Shown piece by piece: positions 1 to 9,247 of a DNA stretch of 34,272 nucleotides (position 1 is the first letter of the stretch; each line of letters opens with the position of its first letter). Source of the DNA: Candidatus Heimdallarchaeota archaeon (GTDB lineage Archaea; Asgardarchaeota; Heimdallarchaeia; Heimdallarchaeales; Kariarchaeaceae); NCBI GenBank assembly GCA_015523565.1, contig WAKA01000037.1, forward strand, positions 1-34,272, in the 5' to 3' direction. Below the pieces are notes generated by a model that saw only the letters and a list, made by a program, of their open reading frames with translations, did not search any database and was not told the DNA's origin. Both the position numbers and the translations under genes were made by a program.

Positions 1-1
1 A

Positions 2-877
2 AATATAATGAACTACAAATTCTGGTCGTTCATTGTTCCAATGGGTTAACCCAAATCCGAATGCAATCACTACCAACATAATCTCACGGCTCTTGTTTGT
101 GAAAACTTTATCTGAAAGTTGTGTCAGTCCACTTCTAAAAACCAATTCTTCTTGCAATGCTACAGTCAGGAAAATACCAATAAATCCTATGATAATTTCT
201 TGCGGATCAAAGCCAATAGGATTCCAAACAAGGAATCCTGTCAATAGACCGAATGGTACAATAACAATCGACGCATAATTGAGATGGATAAATGCAATCT
301 TTGCACCTTCAAGAGAGGGGGTAATCCCGCTGTCATGCATGTTTTCATCTTGTATCACGCCAACCCAATATCCAAAGTTTATAGAGATCACATGTGCAAT
401 CCAGAGTGAGTTCATTAGGTAGGAGAGTCCTTTTAGCCCTTCAAAAAGAGGGGATGTGTATCTGTGGTCAAATCCAATCCAAAGCAAGATCAGACCAAAA
501 GAAGAGAATATTGGACGTGAATATTTAATGAATCTGTTTTCATCATTTCCTCTTAATTCTGCATTGAATAGTATTGCAGGAATTGTATACCATATCAAAA
601 ACAGAAAAGTATCTATAGGTTGGTTAATGCCAGCCAAAAGAAAAATCAATTCAGGTAAAATCGTGGAAAGTGAGACAAGTAAATATGGATTGACTTTCCA
701 TGATCTGATAATCTTTGAGATCCGTCTTGTCGATATGGCAAGTGTTGAAAAGATCCACCAAGCACTGAAAATCCAAACAATTATATTTTTAATGACATCT
801 TCCTGTGGTTCTACAAGTATTACCAGCGTGGCCGCAATTCCAGACACTAATGCAATTACAGTAATGTCCTTTTTCAT
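2..877 (-). CDS. CPBP family (CAAX/Abi, Rce1-like) intramembrane glutamic endopeptidase, 3'-truncated by the window edge
   Basis: Not in the ORF track. Manual translation from ATG 877 (MKKDITVIALVSGIAATL...) stays open to the window start. It is multi-TM and contains ALQEELVFRSG (EExxxR motif 1) and FGFGLTHW (FxxxH motif 2). A TATA-like TTATTAAA lies ~25 nt upstream. Confidence 0.88.
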   Translation of the reverse strand, partial: MKKDITVIALVSGIAATLVILVEPQEDVIKNIIVWIFSAWWIFSTLAISTRRISKIIRSWKVNPYLLVSLSTILPELIFLLAGINQPIDTFLFLIWYTIPAILFNAELRGNDENRFIKYSRPIFSSFGLILLWIGFDHRYTSPLFEGLKGLSYLMNSLWIAHVISINFGYWVGVIQDENMHDSGITPSLEGAKIAFIHLNYASIVIVPFGLLTGFLVWNPIGFDPQEIIIGFIGIFLTVALQEELVFRSGLTQLSDKVFTNKSREIMLVVIAFGFGLTHWNNERPEFVVHYI

Positions 878-1041
878 GTAATTTTGAAAGACAGTACTTT
901 TAATAACGTTTTGCGAAACAAGGGTTGATATTTCATATTTATTCTTCTGTTTTCATATTCTTGCCTTCTTTTTTTAACTAACCTAGCAATATTATGCAAA
1001 AGGATCGTTTCTTTTTTATCAATCCTGAACTTGTTTATTAC

Positions 1042-1818
1042 ATGGAAACGGTTAATTTAATTACAGAAGATGCAGTTGCAAAAGTTACGATTTCAAGACC
1101 CAAAGCCCTAAACGCAATCAATAGTCAAGTGCTTGATGAGCTTTCCCAAATCATAGGTCAAATCGAAAGTGACCCTAACGTAAGGGTTGTTGTGATAACA
1201 GGCGATGGAGACAAATCATTTGTTGCAGGCGCAGATATCGCGGAAATGTCTAAGTTGACACCGTTGGAGGCTCGAAATTTTTTGACAAGAGGGCAAAGGT
1301 TACTGGATCGAATTGAAAACCTCAATGCAATTACTGTGGCAAGGGTTAACGGTTATGCCTTAGGTGGTGGTCTAGAGCTTGCCTTGGCTTGTGATATCCG
1401 CATTGCTTCAGAAAATGCACTTGTAGGGCTTCCAGAAGTAAGTCTAGGGCTTATTCCCAGTTTTGGCGGCACCCAGCGTTTAACTCGGGTTGTGGGAAGC
1501 AGTGTATCAAAATACCTCATTCTCCTTGGAAAAAGACTAAAAGCCAGTGAGGCGTTGAATTATGGCATCCTCAATGAAGTTGTCCCAATCGGGGAATTGG
1601 ACTCTGCTGTAGACAAGGTTATTGACACCTTACTGAACATGGCTCCTGTCGCCTTAACTGCTGCAAAGAATGCCATTTATATGGCAAGCCAAACCGATAT
1701 GTACTCTGGTCAAGAGCTTGAAGTGAATTATGCTTCTATGTGCTTCTCCACAGACGATTTACGTGAGGGAATGAATGCATTTTTGGAAAAAAGAAAAGCA
1801 AAATTTACAGGTAAATAA
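1042..1818 (+). CDS. Enoyl-CoA hydratase/crotonase family protein
   Basis: RPKALNA, FVAGADI, NGYALGGGLELALACD and GLPEVSLG..P.FGGTQRL motifs, with both catalytic Glu present. Start 1042 (METVNL) is preferred over 994 because it matches family length and has a TATA-like element upstream. Confidence 0.95.
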   Translation: METVNLITEDAVAKVTISRPKALNAINSQVLDELSQIIGQIESDPNVRVVVITGDGDKSFVAGADIAEMSKLTPLEARNFLTRGQRLLDRIENLNAITVARVNGYALGGGLELALACDIRIASENALVGLPEVSLGLIPSFGGTQRLTRVVGSSVSKYLILLGKRLKASEALNYGILNEVVPIGELDSAVDKVIDTLLNMAPVALTAAKNAIYMASQTDMYSGQELEVNYASMCFSTDDLREGMNAFLEKRKAKFTGK

Positions 1819-1856
1819 GTAAACTGTAAAAGGTATCTAATTTATTTCTCTCTTGA

Positions 1857-2681
1857 ATGCCTGAAGGTCCTGAAGTTGAAGTGGTTCGGAGAGGTCTTCT
1901 TCAGATTGTTGAAAAAGAAATTTCTGATGCTTGGTTTGCAGACCATCCAAAATACCGTATTCTATCCAAGAACCAGTTTGTCGGGAATAATGTTAAAAAT
2001 ATTGCCCGGTATGGGAAATTCCTGGTTTGGAAGTTTGAAGATGGCTTGACTGTGGTCAATCATCTCGGAATGACTGGAATTTGGAGACTGTTTTCTGCTG
2101 ATTCATTTGATTGGAAAAGTCTTCGCCACCCAAAAATTGTCTTTGGATTTGTCAACGCCGAAAAATTAGTGTTTGAGGATGTTCGTACATTCGGAAAATT
2201 TGAAATTGTGAGAGAATTACCATCTGTTATTCAACAAATGGGTCCTGATATCCTAAAACCCAATTTTGACATGAACAAGTTCATCTCGAACATACGGGGC
2301 AAAGGTAAAAATCCTCGACGGCAACAAATTGGAAAACTTCTGCTTGACCAATCAATCATTGCTGGTTGTGGAAATATCTATAAGTCCGAGGCACTTTTCC
2401 TTGCTAAAATTAACCCTTTTTGTCCTGCCGATAAGATTAGTGACGAGGATCTGGAAAGATTGGCAAATGCCTTGATCTCCGTTGCAAAAATGGCTCTGAA
2501 AAGTGGTGGGTCAACATTGCGTGATTTCAGCTCTGTAGAGGGATATAATGGGTTGATGCAAAACAAATTCAACGTATATGGGAAAGAAGGCTCTGCCTGC
2601 ATTGATTGTGGCAATAAAATTGAAAGGGTCGTTCAAGGTGGTAGAAGCACCTTTTTTTGTAGGGTTTGCCAGAACCTTTAG
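1857..2681 (+). CDS. mutM: Formamidopyrimidine-DNA glycosylase/AP lyase (Fpg/Nei family)
   Basis: N-terminal PEGPE, R.GKFL, HLGMTG, DVRTFG, H2TH motif LLDQ..IAG.GNIY.SE.LF, and C-terminal CxxC...GRSTFFCxxC zinc finger. Confidence 0.93.
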   Translation: MPEGPEVEVVRRGLLQIVEKEISDAWFADHPKYRILSKNQFVGNNVKNIARYGKFLVWKFEDGLTVVNHLGMTGIWRLFSADSFDWKSLRHPKIVFGFVNAEKLVFEDVRTFGKFEIVRELPSVIQQMGPDILKPNFDMNKFISNIRGKGKNPRRQQIGKLLLDQSIIAGCGNIYKSEALFLAKINPFCPADKISDEDLERLANALISVAKMALKSGGSTLRDFSSVEGYNGLMQNKFNVYGKEGSACIDCGNKIERVVQGGRSTFFCRVCQNL

Positions 2682-3394
2682 AAAACCGTTACTTCTAGTC
2701 TTCTAATTCCTCTTCCCTTATTTTTGTGCTTGAGTATTTTAAAGCTCCCCAGTTCCTTTGTTGATTTTACATGGATGCCTCCATCTGCTTGGCGATCTAC
2801 AGATCCAATTGATACAACTCTTACTTCCTTCAAACCTTTTGGAAGGATATTGTTTTTTGTTCTGATTAATCCTGGGGTACTGACAACTTCGTCTATGCTT
2901 AAAACCTCCGCTGATGTCGGATGGTCTTCCTCAATAATTTTCCTCATCTGATCCTCTATCTCCTTCAACTCCTCTTTTGTGAAGTTTCTGGACATATCAA
3001 AGTCTATCTTTGCTTTTTCAGGGGTTATGTCACTTCCAGTTACAAGTACCCCATGTTTATTCCAGACAATTGCTGAAATTAAATGCAAGGTGGTATGGTG
3101 CTTCATCATGGCGTATCTGCGATCCCAATCGATTTTTAGATTCACCTCATCACCTACCCCAAATCCTGGATTTTCATCTATGACATGGATGTTCCCCTTA
3201 TCTGACCGAAGGACATTTACAACATTGGCAATTCCTTTTTCATTGGAAATTGTCCCTGTGTCTGGCTTTACTCCACATGATTTCCCGAAAAAAATAGTCT
3301 GATCCAGTAAAATCCCTTGATCTGAGATCTCAATTATCTTTGCTGATGCCTCCTTCAAATATGGATCTTCATAAAACAGGTTTCTTGTTGTCAT
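2678..3394 (-). CDS. alaX: Alanyl-tRNA editing protein AlaX (AlaX-M type)
   Basis: LFYEDPYL start, IDWDRRY.MM.HHT.LH (HxxxH) and QADGGIHV motif, ~238 aa. ATG 3394 preferred. Confidence 0.92.
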   Translation of the reverse strand: MTTRNLFYEDPYLKEASAKIIEISDQGILLDQTIFFGKSCGVKPDTGTISNEKGIANVVNVLRSDKGNIHVIDENPGFGVGDEVNLKIDWDRRYAMMKHHTTLHLISAIVWNKHGVLVTGSDITPEKAKIDFDMSRNFTKEELKEIEDQMRKIIEEDHPTSAEVLSIDEVVSTPGLIRTKNNILPKGLKEVRVVSIGSVDRQADGGIHVKSTKELGSFKILKHKNKGRGIRRLEVTVF

Positions 3395-3567
3395 ATTTCT
3401 CAAAAATCATGGATAAACAAAAAAGTAATGGATGAAGCAAATTCCAAAAAGCTTAATATTATTCAATTTGTTTGGTCTGATTTTCCCTTCTGGCGTTTCG
3501 TTTTTATTGCATTCAAAATGGTGAATATGAAAACTGTTTTTACTACCTATGTTCAACTTAATTCTAT

Positions 3568-5622
3568 ATGAAATATCCGGATGCAGAACGAATTAATGTT
3601 GTCGATGATTATCATGGCACACCTGTTGCAGATCCCTATCGCTATTTGGAAAACCCTGAAGACCCAAGAACACTGAAATTTATTGAAGAAAATAACAAAT
3701 TGGTTGATGAATGCATTGAAAAAGAAAGAATTGAATACTATCGTGAAAGGATTACGGAATGCTACCAATCATATGTTCGATATTTTGGGTTACACAAGGT
3801 AAATGATGCGTTCCTCTACAGTAGGATGTCTGGATTGCAATCACAGCCTGTAGATTTGTTGAAGATTGGTGACCAAGAAAAAGTTGTCTTGGATGTCAAT
3901 ACACTGAGTGAAGACGGCACCACTTCCGTGACATTTAGATCCCTTTCACCCAATGGAAGATATTATACTGCAAATGTGACTGTACATGGTTCTGATTGGC
4001 AATCAATGATGATAATCGATCTGGAAACTGGTAAGGAGCTTGAGAAGTTGGATTGGATCAGGTTTACAAATGTGGAATGGAAAAAGGATTCATCTGGATT
4101 TTATTATCAAAGATTTCCAAACCAATCCGATTTGCCACCAGAAAAAAGGAATATGGATGCTAAAATTTACTTTCATAAAATAGGAACTCCTCAGGATGAA
4201 GATATGCTTGTCTTTACTCCAGATAGCCCAAAAGAATTTGTTTCCCCCATAATGTTTGCATACAAGCATCTTTTCCTGTTGGTAAACAATTCCACCCATC
4301 CCAAGAACAAGCTATACTACCGAAAAGAGGGTGATAATCATTTCGTTTCAATTATCCCTGAGTATGACGGATTTCGATACTTGCCAATCGGTGTGTCAAA
4401 TCAATATGTCTACCTAATAACCAGCAATAACGCCCCCAACTCCAAAATTGTAAGGCTTCCACTTGATTCACTAGAAACCCCTAAATTCGAAGAAATAATC
4501 CCTGAATCCGCCCAAGCAATCAGTTTTGCCAGCTTAACTGGAAATTCAATTGCAGTTGTGTATTTGAAACATGCCAGCCATGAAATTCATTTGTTTTCCT
4601 TGGATGGAAAATTCCAGTCAATTGTACCCATCCCCGAAATGGGGGCCGTGACATCAATGGAGGGAAAATACGGTGACGATGAGCTATTCATTGAATATCA
4701 TAATTTCTTCCATCCATATACAATTTTCAGGTATCGCCATTCTTCAGGATCATTGAACAAATTCTTGGAACCAGAATTCGGAATTGATACTGACCAATTC
4801 ACTGTCAGGCAAGTCTTTTATCCGTCAAAAGATGGCACAAAGGTTCCAATGTTCATAGTGCACAAAAAGGGAATTGAAAAAAATGGAACTAACCCCACTT
4901 TCCTTTACGGGTATGGCGGATTCAATATTTCCAACACTCCTTCCTTCGCTCCTTATTACCTCCCGTGGCTTGAAGATGGGGGAATTTTTGCTTTGGCGAA
5001 TATCAGAGGTGGCGGTGAATACGGCAAGAATTGGCATGAACAAGGAACACTTGAAAGAAAACAAAACGTATTTGATGATTTCATTGCCGCCGCAGAATAC
5101 TTGATCGCAGAAAAATATACCTCTCCCAAAAAACTTGCAATAAATGGAAGGAGTAATGGTGGATTGCTTATTGGTGCTGTCCTTGTCCAAAGACCTGACC
5201 TCTTCGGTGCCGCAGTTCCCCAAGTCGGCGTTCTTGATATGCTACGCTATTCTCTCTTCACAATTGGAAGATTCTGGATTGAAGAGTACGGAGACGCAAT
5301 AAACAATCCCGAACATTTCAAATTCCTGATAAAATATTCTCCCCTACATAATGTCAAGGATGCAGAGTATCCTCCGACTCTTATTACTGCTGCAGAAGGT
5401 GACAACAGGGTTGATCCTGCCCATAGCTTAAAGTTTGCTGCTACTTTACAATACCATCAAAAAGGAGAATCCCCCATTCTTTTGCGTATCGAACGAAAAG
5501 CTGGTCATGGGTTTGGCAAACCAATGACAAAGGTTATTGAGGATTTAAGCTATAAATTCGCATTTATCTCACAAGCTTTGGATATTTCAGTCCATACACC
5601 CAAGCCAACTGTTTCTTCCTGA
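3568..5622 (+). CDS. Prolyl oligopeptidase (S9A)
   Basis: DPYRYLE N-terminus, beta-propeller region, YGYGGF, NIRGGGEYG, catalytic GRSNGG, GDNRV and AGHG. Confidence 0.97.
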   Translation: MKYPDAERINVVDDYHGTPVADPYRYLENPEDPRTLKFIEENNKLVDECIEKERIEYYRERITECYQSYVRYFGLHKVNDAFLYSRMSGLQSQPVDLLKIGDQEKVVLDVNTLSEDGTTSVTFRSLSPNGRYYTANVTVHGSDWQSMMIIDLETGKELEKLDWIRFTNVEWKKDSSGFYYQRFPNQSDLPPEKRNMDAKIYFHKIGTPQDEDMLVFTPDSPKEFVSPIMFAYKHLFLLVNNSTHPKNKLYYRKEGDNHFVSIIPEYDGFRYLPIGVSNQYVYLITSNNAPNSKIVRLPLDSLETPKFEEIIPESAQAISFASLTGNSIAVVYLKHASHEIHLFSLDGKFQSIVPIPEMGAVTSMEGKYGDDELFIEYHNFFHPYTIFRYRHSSGSLNKFLEPEFGIDTDQFTVRQVFYPSKDGTKVPMFIVHKKGIEKNGTNPTFLYGYGGFNISNTPSFAPYYLPWLEDGGIFALANIRGGGEYGKNWHEQGTLERKQNVFDDFIAAAEYLIAEKYTSPKKLAINGRSNGGLLIGAVLVQRPDLFGAAVPQVGVLDMLRYSLFTIGRFWIEEYGDAINNPEHFKFLIKYSPLHNVKDAEYPPTLITAAEGDNRVDPAHSLKFAATLQYHQKGESPILLRIERKAGHGFGKPMTKVIEDLSYKFAFISQALDISVHTPKPTVSS

Positions 5623-5660
5623 TTGCAAAATGTTTTCAAACAAATGAAGATTTCTCTTAT

Positions 5661-7025
5661 ATGGACGAGGAATTAATTGCCCTCTTATCAAAACTTGTCG
5701 AGTTTGATACCAGTATTAATCCTGATAAAAATCAATTCCCAGACCCTAGTTGCAGGGATTGGCTTGAAACATATGCAAAGGACAAGGGCTATGAAATTTT
5801 AAGCTTACCAGAAGCTAATTACAAAGGAAATCCTGTTTATCCACTTCTTGCTGTCAAAAGGGGGAAATCTTCTGGATCCAATGTCTTGTTTCTCGGACAT
5901 ATCGATGTTGTTCCAGTCACTCCAGAAGAAATATCCTCTTGGGATACCAATCCTTTCACCCCTACAAGAAAAGGTGATTTCTTGATGGGTCGAGGTGCCA
6001 GTGATATGAAAGGGGGTGTTGCCGCCTTTTTCACCGCTTTCAATGAAATGGAGATTGAAAAGGGAAATCTTCTGATTGCAGTCAGCGGAGATGAAGAAAT
6101 AGGTGGTACTGGCTCTTTACCTGCAATTATCCAAGCACTCAAAGAAAATGATCTAATGCCTGATTTTGTAATCAATGCAGAACCAAGCAAGGATTCTGTC
6201 TTGGTCACTCAAAGAAGAGGTGCCACATGGTTAAGATACACTTTCCCAATTGATAGGAAACAAATTCTTGGCCATAAGAAAACAATCGAATTCTTTTCAA
6301 GACAAGGTGATGGGTCTCAAACCCTCCATTCTGCCTCATATCTGTTTGGTGCTGATATTCATGCCATGACTGCCGCGGCTAAATTTTCTGTTGACAAAAA
6401 AATTGTGAAAGTTATTTCATCAAGCATAAAAAATAATGCCGTTCCTCAAAAAGTCACTCTTGAATATGTTATCCCTGATCCTGATGGTGAACCAATTGAA
6501 TATTCCCCCACTCTTTCACGAATTATGTGGAATCTTGCCTCTGTCAATACCATGGATTGGCCAGTCAAACGAAGCAAATTTGGAATATCCGTCAATCCAA
6601 ATGTTCTTCAGTATAACCCTGACCAAACCGCTTCCCTTACTTTTGATATCAGATCGATGCTTTCAGATACAGAGGGGCATTCAATATTGCTTAATTCAAT
6701 AGAAGAACATTTGAATCATGAAATAGGCAATGTCAAAGGTGAAATTTTGGCACAGATTGATCCTGTTGACGTCGATCCCAATTCATTTCTCCCGAAGCTT
6801 ATCTTAGATGTTTGCAAGAAGCATAAATATCCTATATATGCAATTGGTGAAAAATTGGGGGGTGCAAGTGACACTCGCTATTTCACCCAATTGAATATTC
6901 CTGGTGTAGAACTTGGTCCCATTGGAAAGAACGATCACGGAATTAATGAAGGGGTAAATATTGCTTCCTTGGAAAAGCTTGTTGATATCTTCAGAGATGT
7001 ATTCCTAAAACTTTCCAATTCTTGA
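5661..7025 (+). CDS. M20 family metallopeptidase/amidohydrolase (DapE/ArgE-like)
   Basis: GHIDVVP, GRGASDMKGG, DEEIGG, NAEP, GGASD.RYF and H..NE metal-binding motifs. Confidence 0.93.
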   Translation: MDEELIALLSKLVEFDTSINPDKNQFPDPSCRDWLETYAKDKGYEILSLPEANYKGNPVYPLLAVKRGKSSGSNVLFLGHIDVVPVTPEEISSWDTNPFTPTRKGDFLMGRGASDMKGGVAAFFTAFNEMEIEKGNLLIAVSGDEEIGGTGSLPAIIQALKENDLMPDFVINAEPSKDSVLVTQRRGATWLRYTFPIDRKQILGHKKTIEFFSRQGDGSQTLHSASYLFGADIHAMTAAAKFSVDKKIVKVISSSIKNNAVPQKVTLEYVIPDPDGEPIEYSPTLSRIMWNLASVNTMDWPVKRSKFGISVNPNVLQYNPDQTASLTFDIRSMLSDTEGHSILLNSIEEHLNHEIGNVKGEILAQIDPVDVDPNSFLPKLILDVCKKHKYPIYAIGEKLGGASDTRYFTQLNIPGVELGPIGKNDHGINEGVNIASLEKLVDIFRDVFLKLSNS

Positions 7026-7068
7026 GTTGGATATTATTCTTTATATATCGAGAAACATATCTAAAGGC

Positions 7069-7971
7069 GTGCCTGGAGAGATTCTTGCAATTGCCGCCAC
7101 CTTCACTTTTGTCCTGTCAAGTGCAATGTTCAGAAAGGTGGAGAATACTCTCTCTGCTGTTCAAATCAGCGCGTTCAGAACATCTGTTGGTTTATTCACG
7201 TTTTATTTCTTGTCCATTTATTATGGATTTTTCAGGTATGCATTTTCCCTTCCCCCAAAAATCATCTTTTATCTGGTCATAAGCATAGTTGCAGGACAAG
7301 TCATTGGAGATACGCTCTATCTTTACACTCAGGAAAAAATAGGTACTACGCTTTCAATTACACTCTCTACAACCTTCCCATTTTTTACATTTCTCGTTGC
7401 ATTTATTGTAAGGAATGAAACAGTTCCAAATTCCTTTATCGTCTCTGCAACACTAATTTCCATTGGTGTTATGCTCATTTCCAGAGGAAAAGTCTCATAC
7501 AAATCATCCAAAAGCCATAATGTTAACCCATTGGCTATTGGTCTTGGTCTCCTTTCATCTTTTGCATGGGGGGTTGCTACAGTCTATACAGACCTTAGCT
7601 TGGATCTGGTGAGTCAATCAATCCCTGATGACATTGATCCCACAATAACAGGGAATCTCATCCGATTTCCAATTGCCACTATTGCTCTTATTACCCTGTC
7701 TATCAGAGATTCTAAAACACCACTTGCAAAAATAGACAAAAAAACATTTGCTTGGGTCTTTTCAGCATCAATTATTGGAACTGCCCTTGGAGCATACCTT
7801 TGGGCTGAATCTGCTCGAATAGCAGGCGCTTCCCTTAGTGCCCTGATATATTCGGCATCTCCACTTTTTGCATTACCAATAGGTTATCTCCTCAATTCTG
7901 AAAAAATCAACCTATATGGAATTACAGGCGCATTAGTTACTGCAATCGGTGTATCCCTGATTTTTATTTAG
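7069..7971 (+). CDS. DMT/EamA family transporter
   Basis: About 10 hydrophobic segments in two EamA-like repeats (GDTLYL...IG; PLFALPIGYLL.SEKI). GTG 7069 follows TTTATATA (7040-7047). TTG 7027 is an alternative start. Confidence 0.88.
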   Translation: MPGEILAIAATFTFVLSSAMFRKVENTLSAVQISAFRTSVGLFTFYFLSIYYGFFRYAFSLPPKIIFYLVISIVAGQVIGDTLYLYTQEKIGTTLSITLSTTFPFFTFLVAFIVRNETVPNSFIVSATLISIGVMLISRGKVSYKSSKSHNVNPLAIGLGLLSSFAWGVATVYTDLSLDLVSQSIPDDIDPTITGNLIRFPIATIALITLSIRDSKTPLAKIDKKTFAWVFSASIIGTALGAYLWAESARIAGASLSALIYSASPLFALPIGYLLNSEKINLYGITGALVTAIGVSLIFI

Positions 7972-8012
7972 CCTAAAGGAAATTTCAAATAATGCAACTT
8001 AACACTTAAATT

Positions 8013-8234
8013 ATGGAAATCACGCACAAAAAACCAGTTACTGCTGCTTGTAACTGCAACAAATGTGTAAACAACAAAGATGAGTTGATTTATTCAATAT
8101 GGAAAAACAAAATCATTTATTTCTGCACAGAAAAATGCAAAAATGAATTTGATGAATCCCCTGAGACATTTATCAAGTCAAACCACTTTAAAATTGACTT
8201 TAATGACCTTCCAGAATTGGAAATGACAGAATAG
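8013..8234 (+). CDS. Small YHS/TRASH-like metal-binding protein
   Basis: CNCNKC followed by IYFCTEKCKNEF...PETFI, matching the YHS/TRASH pattern YxFCsxxCxxxF..P..Y/F. Confidence 0.7.
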   Translation: MEITHKKPVTAACNCNKCVNNKDELIYSIWKNKIIYFCTEKCKNEFDESPETFIKSNHFKIDFNDLPELEMTE

Positions 8235-8322
8235 ATTGCAATGCAACGTTCTGCATTCTTCAACTCATTTTATAATTCAAAAATATGTACAAATGTGAAA
8301 TAATACAGTTATGGGCTTTCAT

Positions 8323-8667
8323 CTAATTATCATCCTTATCCTCTTCAAACTTATCATCCTTATCCTCTTCAAACTTATCGGCAATTGGCAGAACTTGAAA
8401 TACTTTGCTCTTAAGAAATTTTTTATAATTTTCATAGTTCAAATCCTCTGGAAACTTATTTTGCAACCATTTGTAAAATCCACAATTACTACAGGTATTA
8501 ATTTTGTCATCCCATATCTCTTGTGATGAACCAAAACATTTTGTGCCCAAAATAAACATACAGGCCCTCCCTCCATTAACTCCTCCTAAAAATCTATCTG
8601 CACCTTCTGAATAAAAGGCCGCACAATCGTCTTTGACACCACACCCCTGAAATTCCCAACAGTTCAT
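8323..8667 (-). CDS. Small Cys-rich protein, two-CW-domain-like
   Basis: NCWEF..C....C.A......GG.NGGRAC....GT.C.G........K...C..C.FY pattern. TATA-like CTTAAAA lies 24-30 nt upstream of the ATG. Confidence 0.75.
   Translation of the reverse strand: MNCWEFQGCGVKDDCAAFYSEGADRFLGGVNGGRACMFILGTKCFGSSQEIWDDKINTCSNCGFYKWLQNKFPEDLNYENYKKFLKSKVFQVLPIADKFEEDKDDKFEEDKDDN
8327..8379. repeat. Perfect 24-bp tandem repeat, 2.2 copies (TTATCATCCTTATCCTCTTCAAAC)
   Basis: Directly visible. Encodes DKFEEDKD x2 at the C-terminus of the two-CW-like protein. Confidence 0.95.
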
Positions 8668-8810
8668 CCATTATGTATTGTTTTTATTCCTTTTAAGTAT
8701 TCTAGTGAAATCTGTTTTTACTTTAAAACTATTCAAAATTCCTTAAAAAGTATCGTATGAATATTAATTTCTTCAAAAATTTTTCTTCTTTTTTATCAAA
8801 TGTTCTTTTT

Positions 8811-9191
8811 TCACCTGTTTGCCAAAAGTAAGCAATATTCCTCATACATTGAAGATATCGCCTCTCTTATTCTTTTTTTGTCTTCTTCTCTCTCCAAAGA
8901 ATCACACATGTATTCCTGTAACTTCAGCAAGGTTCCCATCGTTCTTTTTCTCCTTTTATAAGGTGTCATCTCATTCCCATGAATATATTCAAGTTTATTC
9001 TCTTCATGGTAGTTGATTATTGCCTTCCAAAGAAATGCATAGGCTATTCTTGAATCAATGTCAATTCTATTGACCATTTGGTTAAACATACCTTGAACTA
9101 CATACTTGATTTTCTTTTGTCCTTCTGTAAGAACCAATGATTCACTAAAGATCAACAATTCTTCAATTGCATCTTTTTTAAACTTCAACAT
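8811..9191 (-). CDS. Hypothetical alpha-helical protein
   Basis: 126-aa ATG ORF filling the gap, charged helical composition, no motif recognised. Confidence 0.7.
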   Translation of the reverse strand: MLKFKKDAIEELLIFSESLVLTEGQKKIKYVVQGMFNQMVNRIDIDSRIAYAFLWKAIINYHEENKLEYIHGNEMTPYKRRKRTMGTLLKLQEYMCDSLEREEDKKRIREAISSMYEEYCLLLANR

Positions 9192-9247
9192 TACCTTATT
9201 CTTTCGTCAAACAGATTAATAAATTTTCTCAAAAATTAATAAACTAA

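Noticed and set aside
33-881. Plus-strand ORFs 33-278 and 456-881
   Set aside because: Antisense shadows of the minus-strand CPBP protease, which has clear motifs.
2768-2800. AlaX has Asp in place of the zinc-ligand Cys (QADGGIH), and its N-terminal Gly-rich motif is degenerate
   Set aside because: As far as I recall, the DGGxH variant occurs in other AlaX-M proteins. HxxxH is intact, so this is not evidence of pseudogenisation or novelty.
8327-8379. 24-bp repeat as a possible CRISPR array
   Set aside because: Directly tandem with no spacers, in-frame inside a CDS, and no cas genes.
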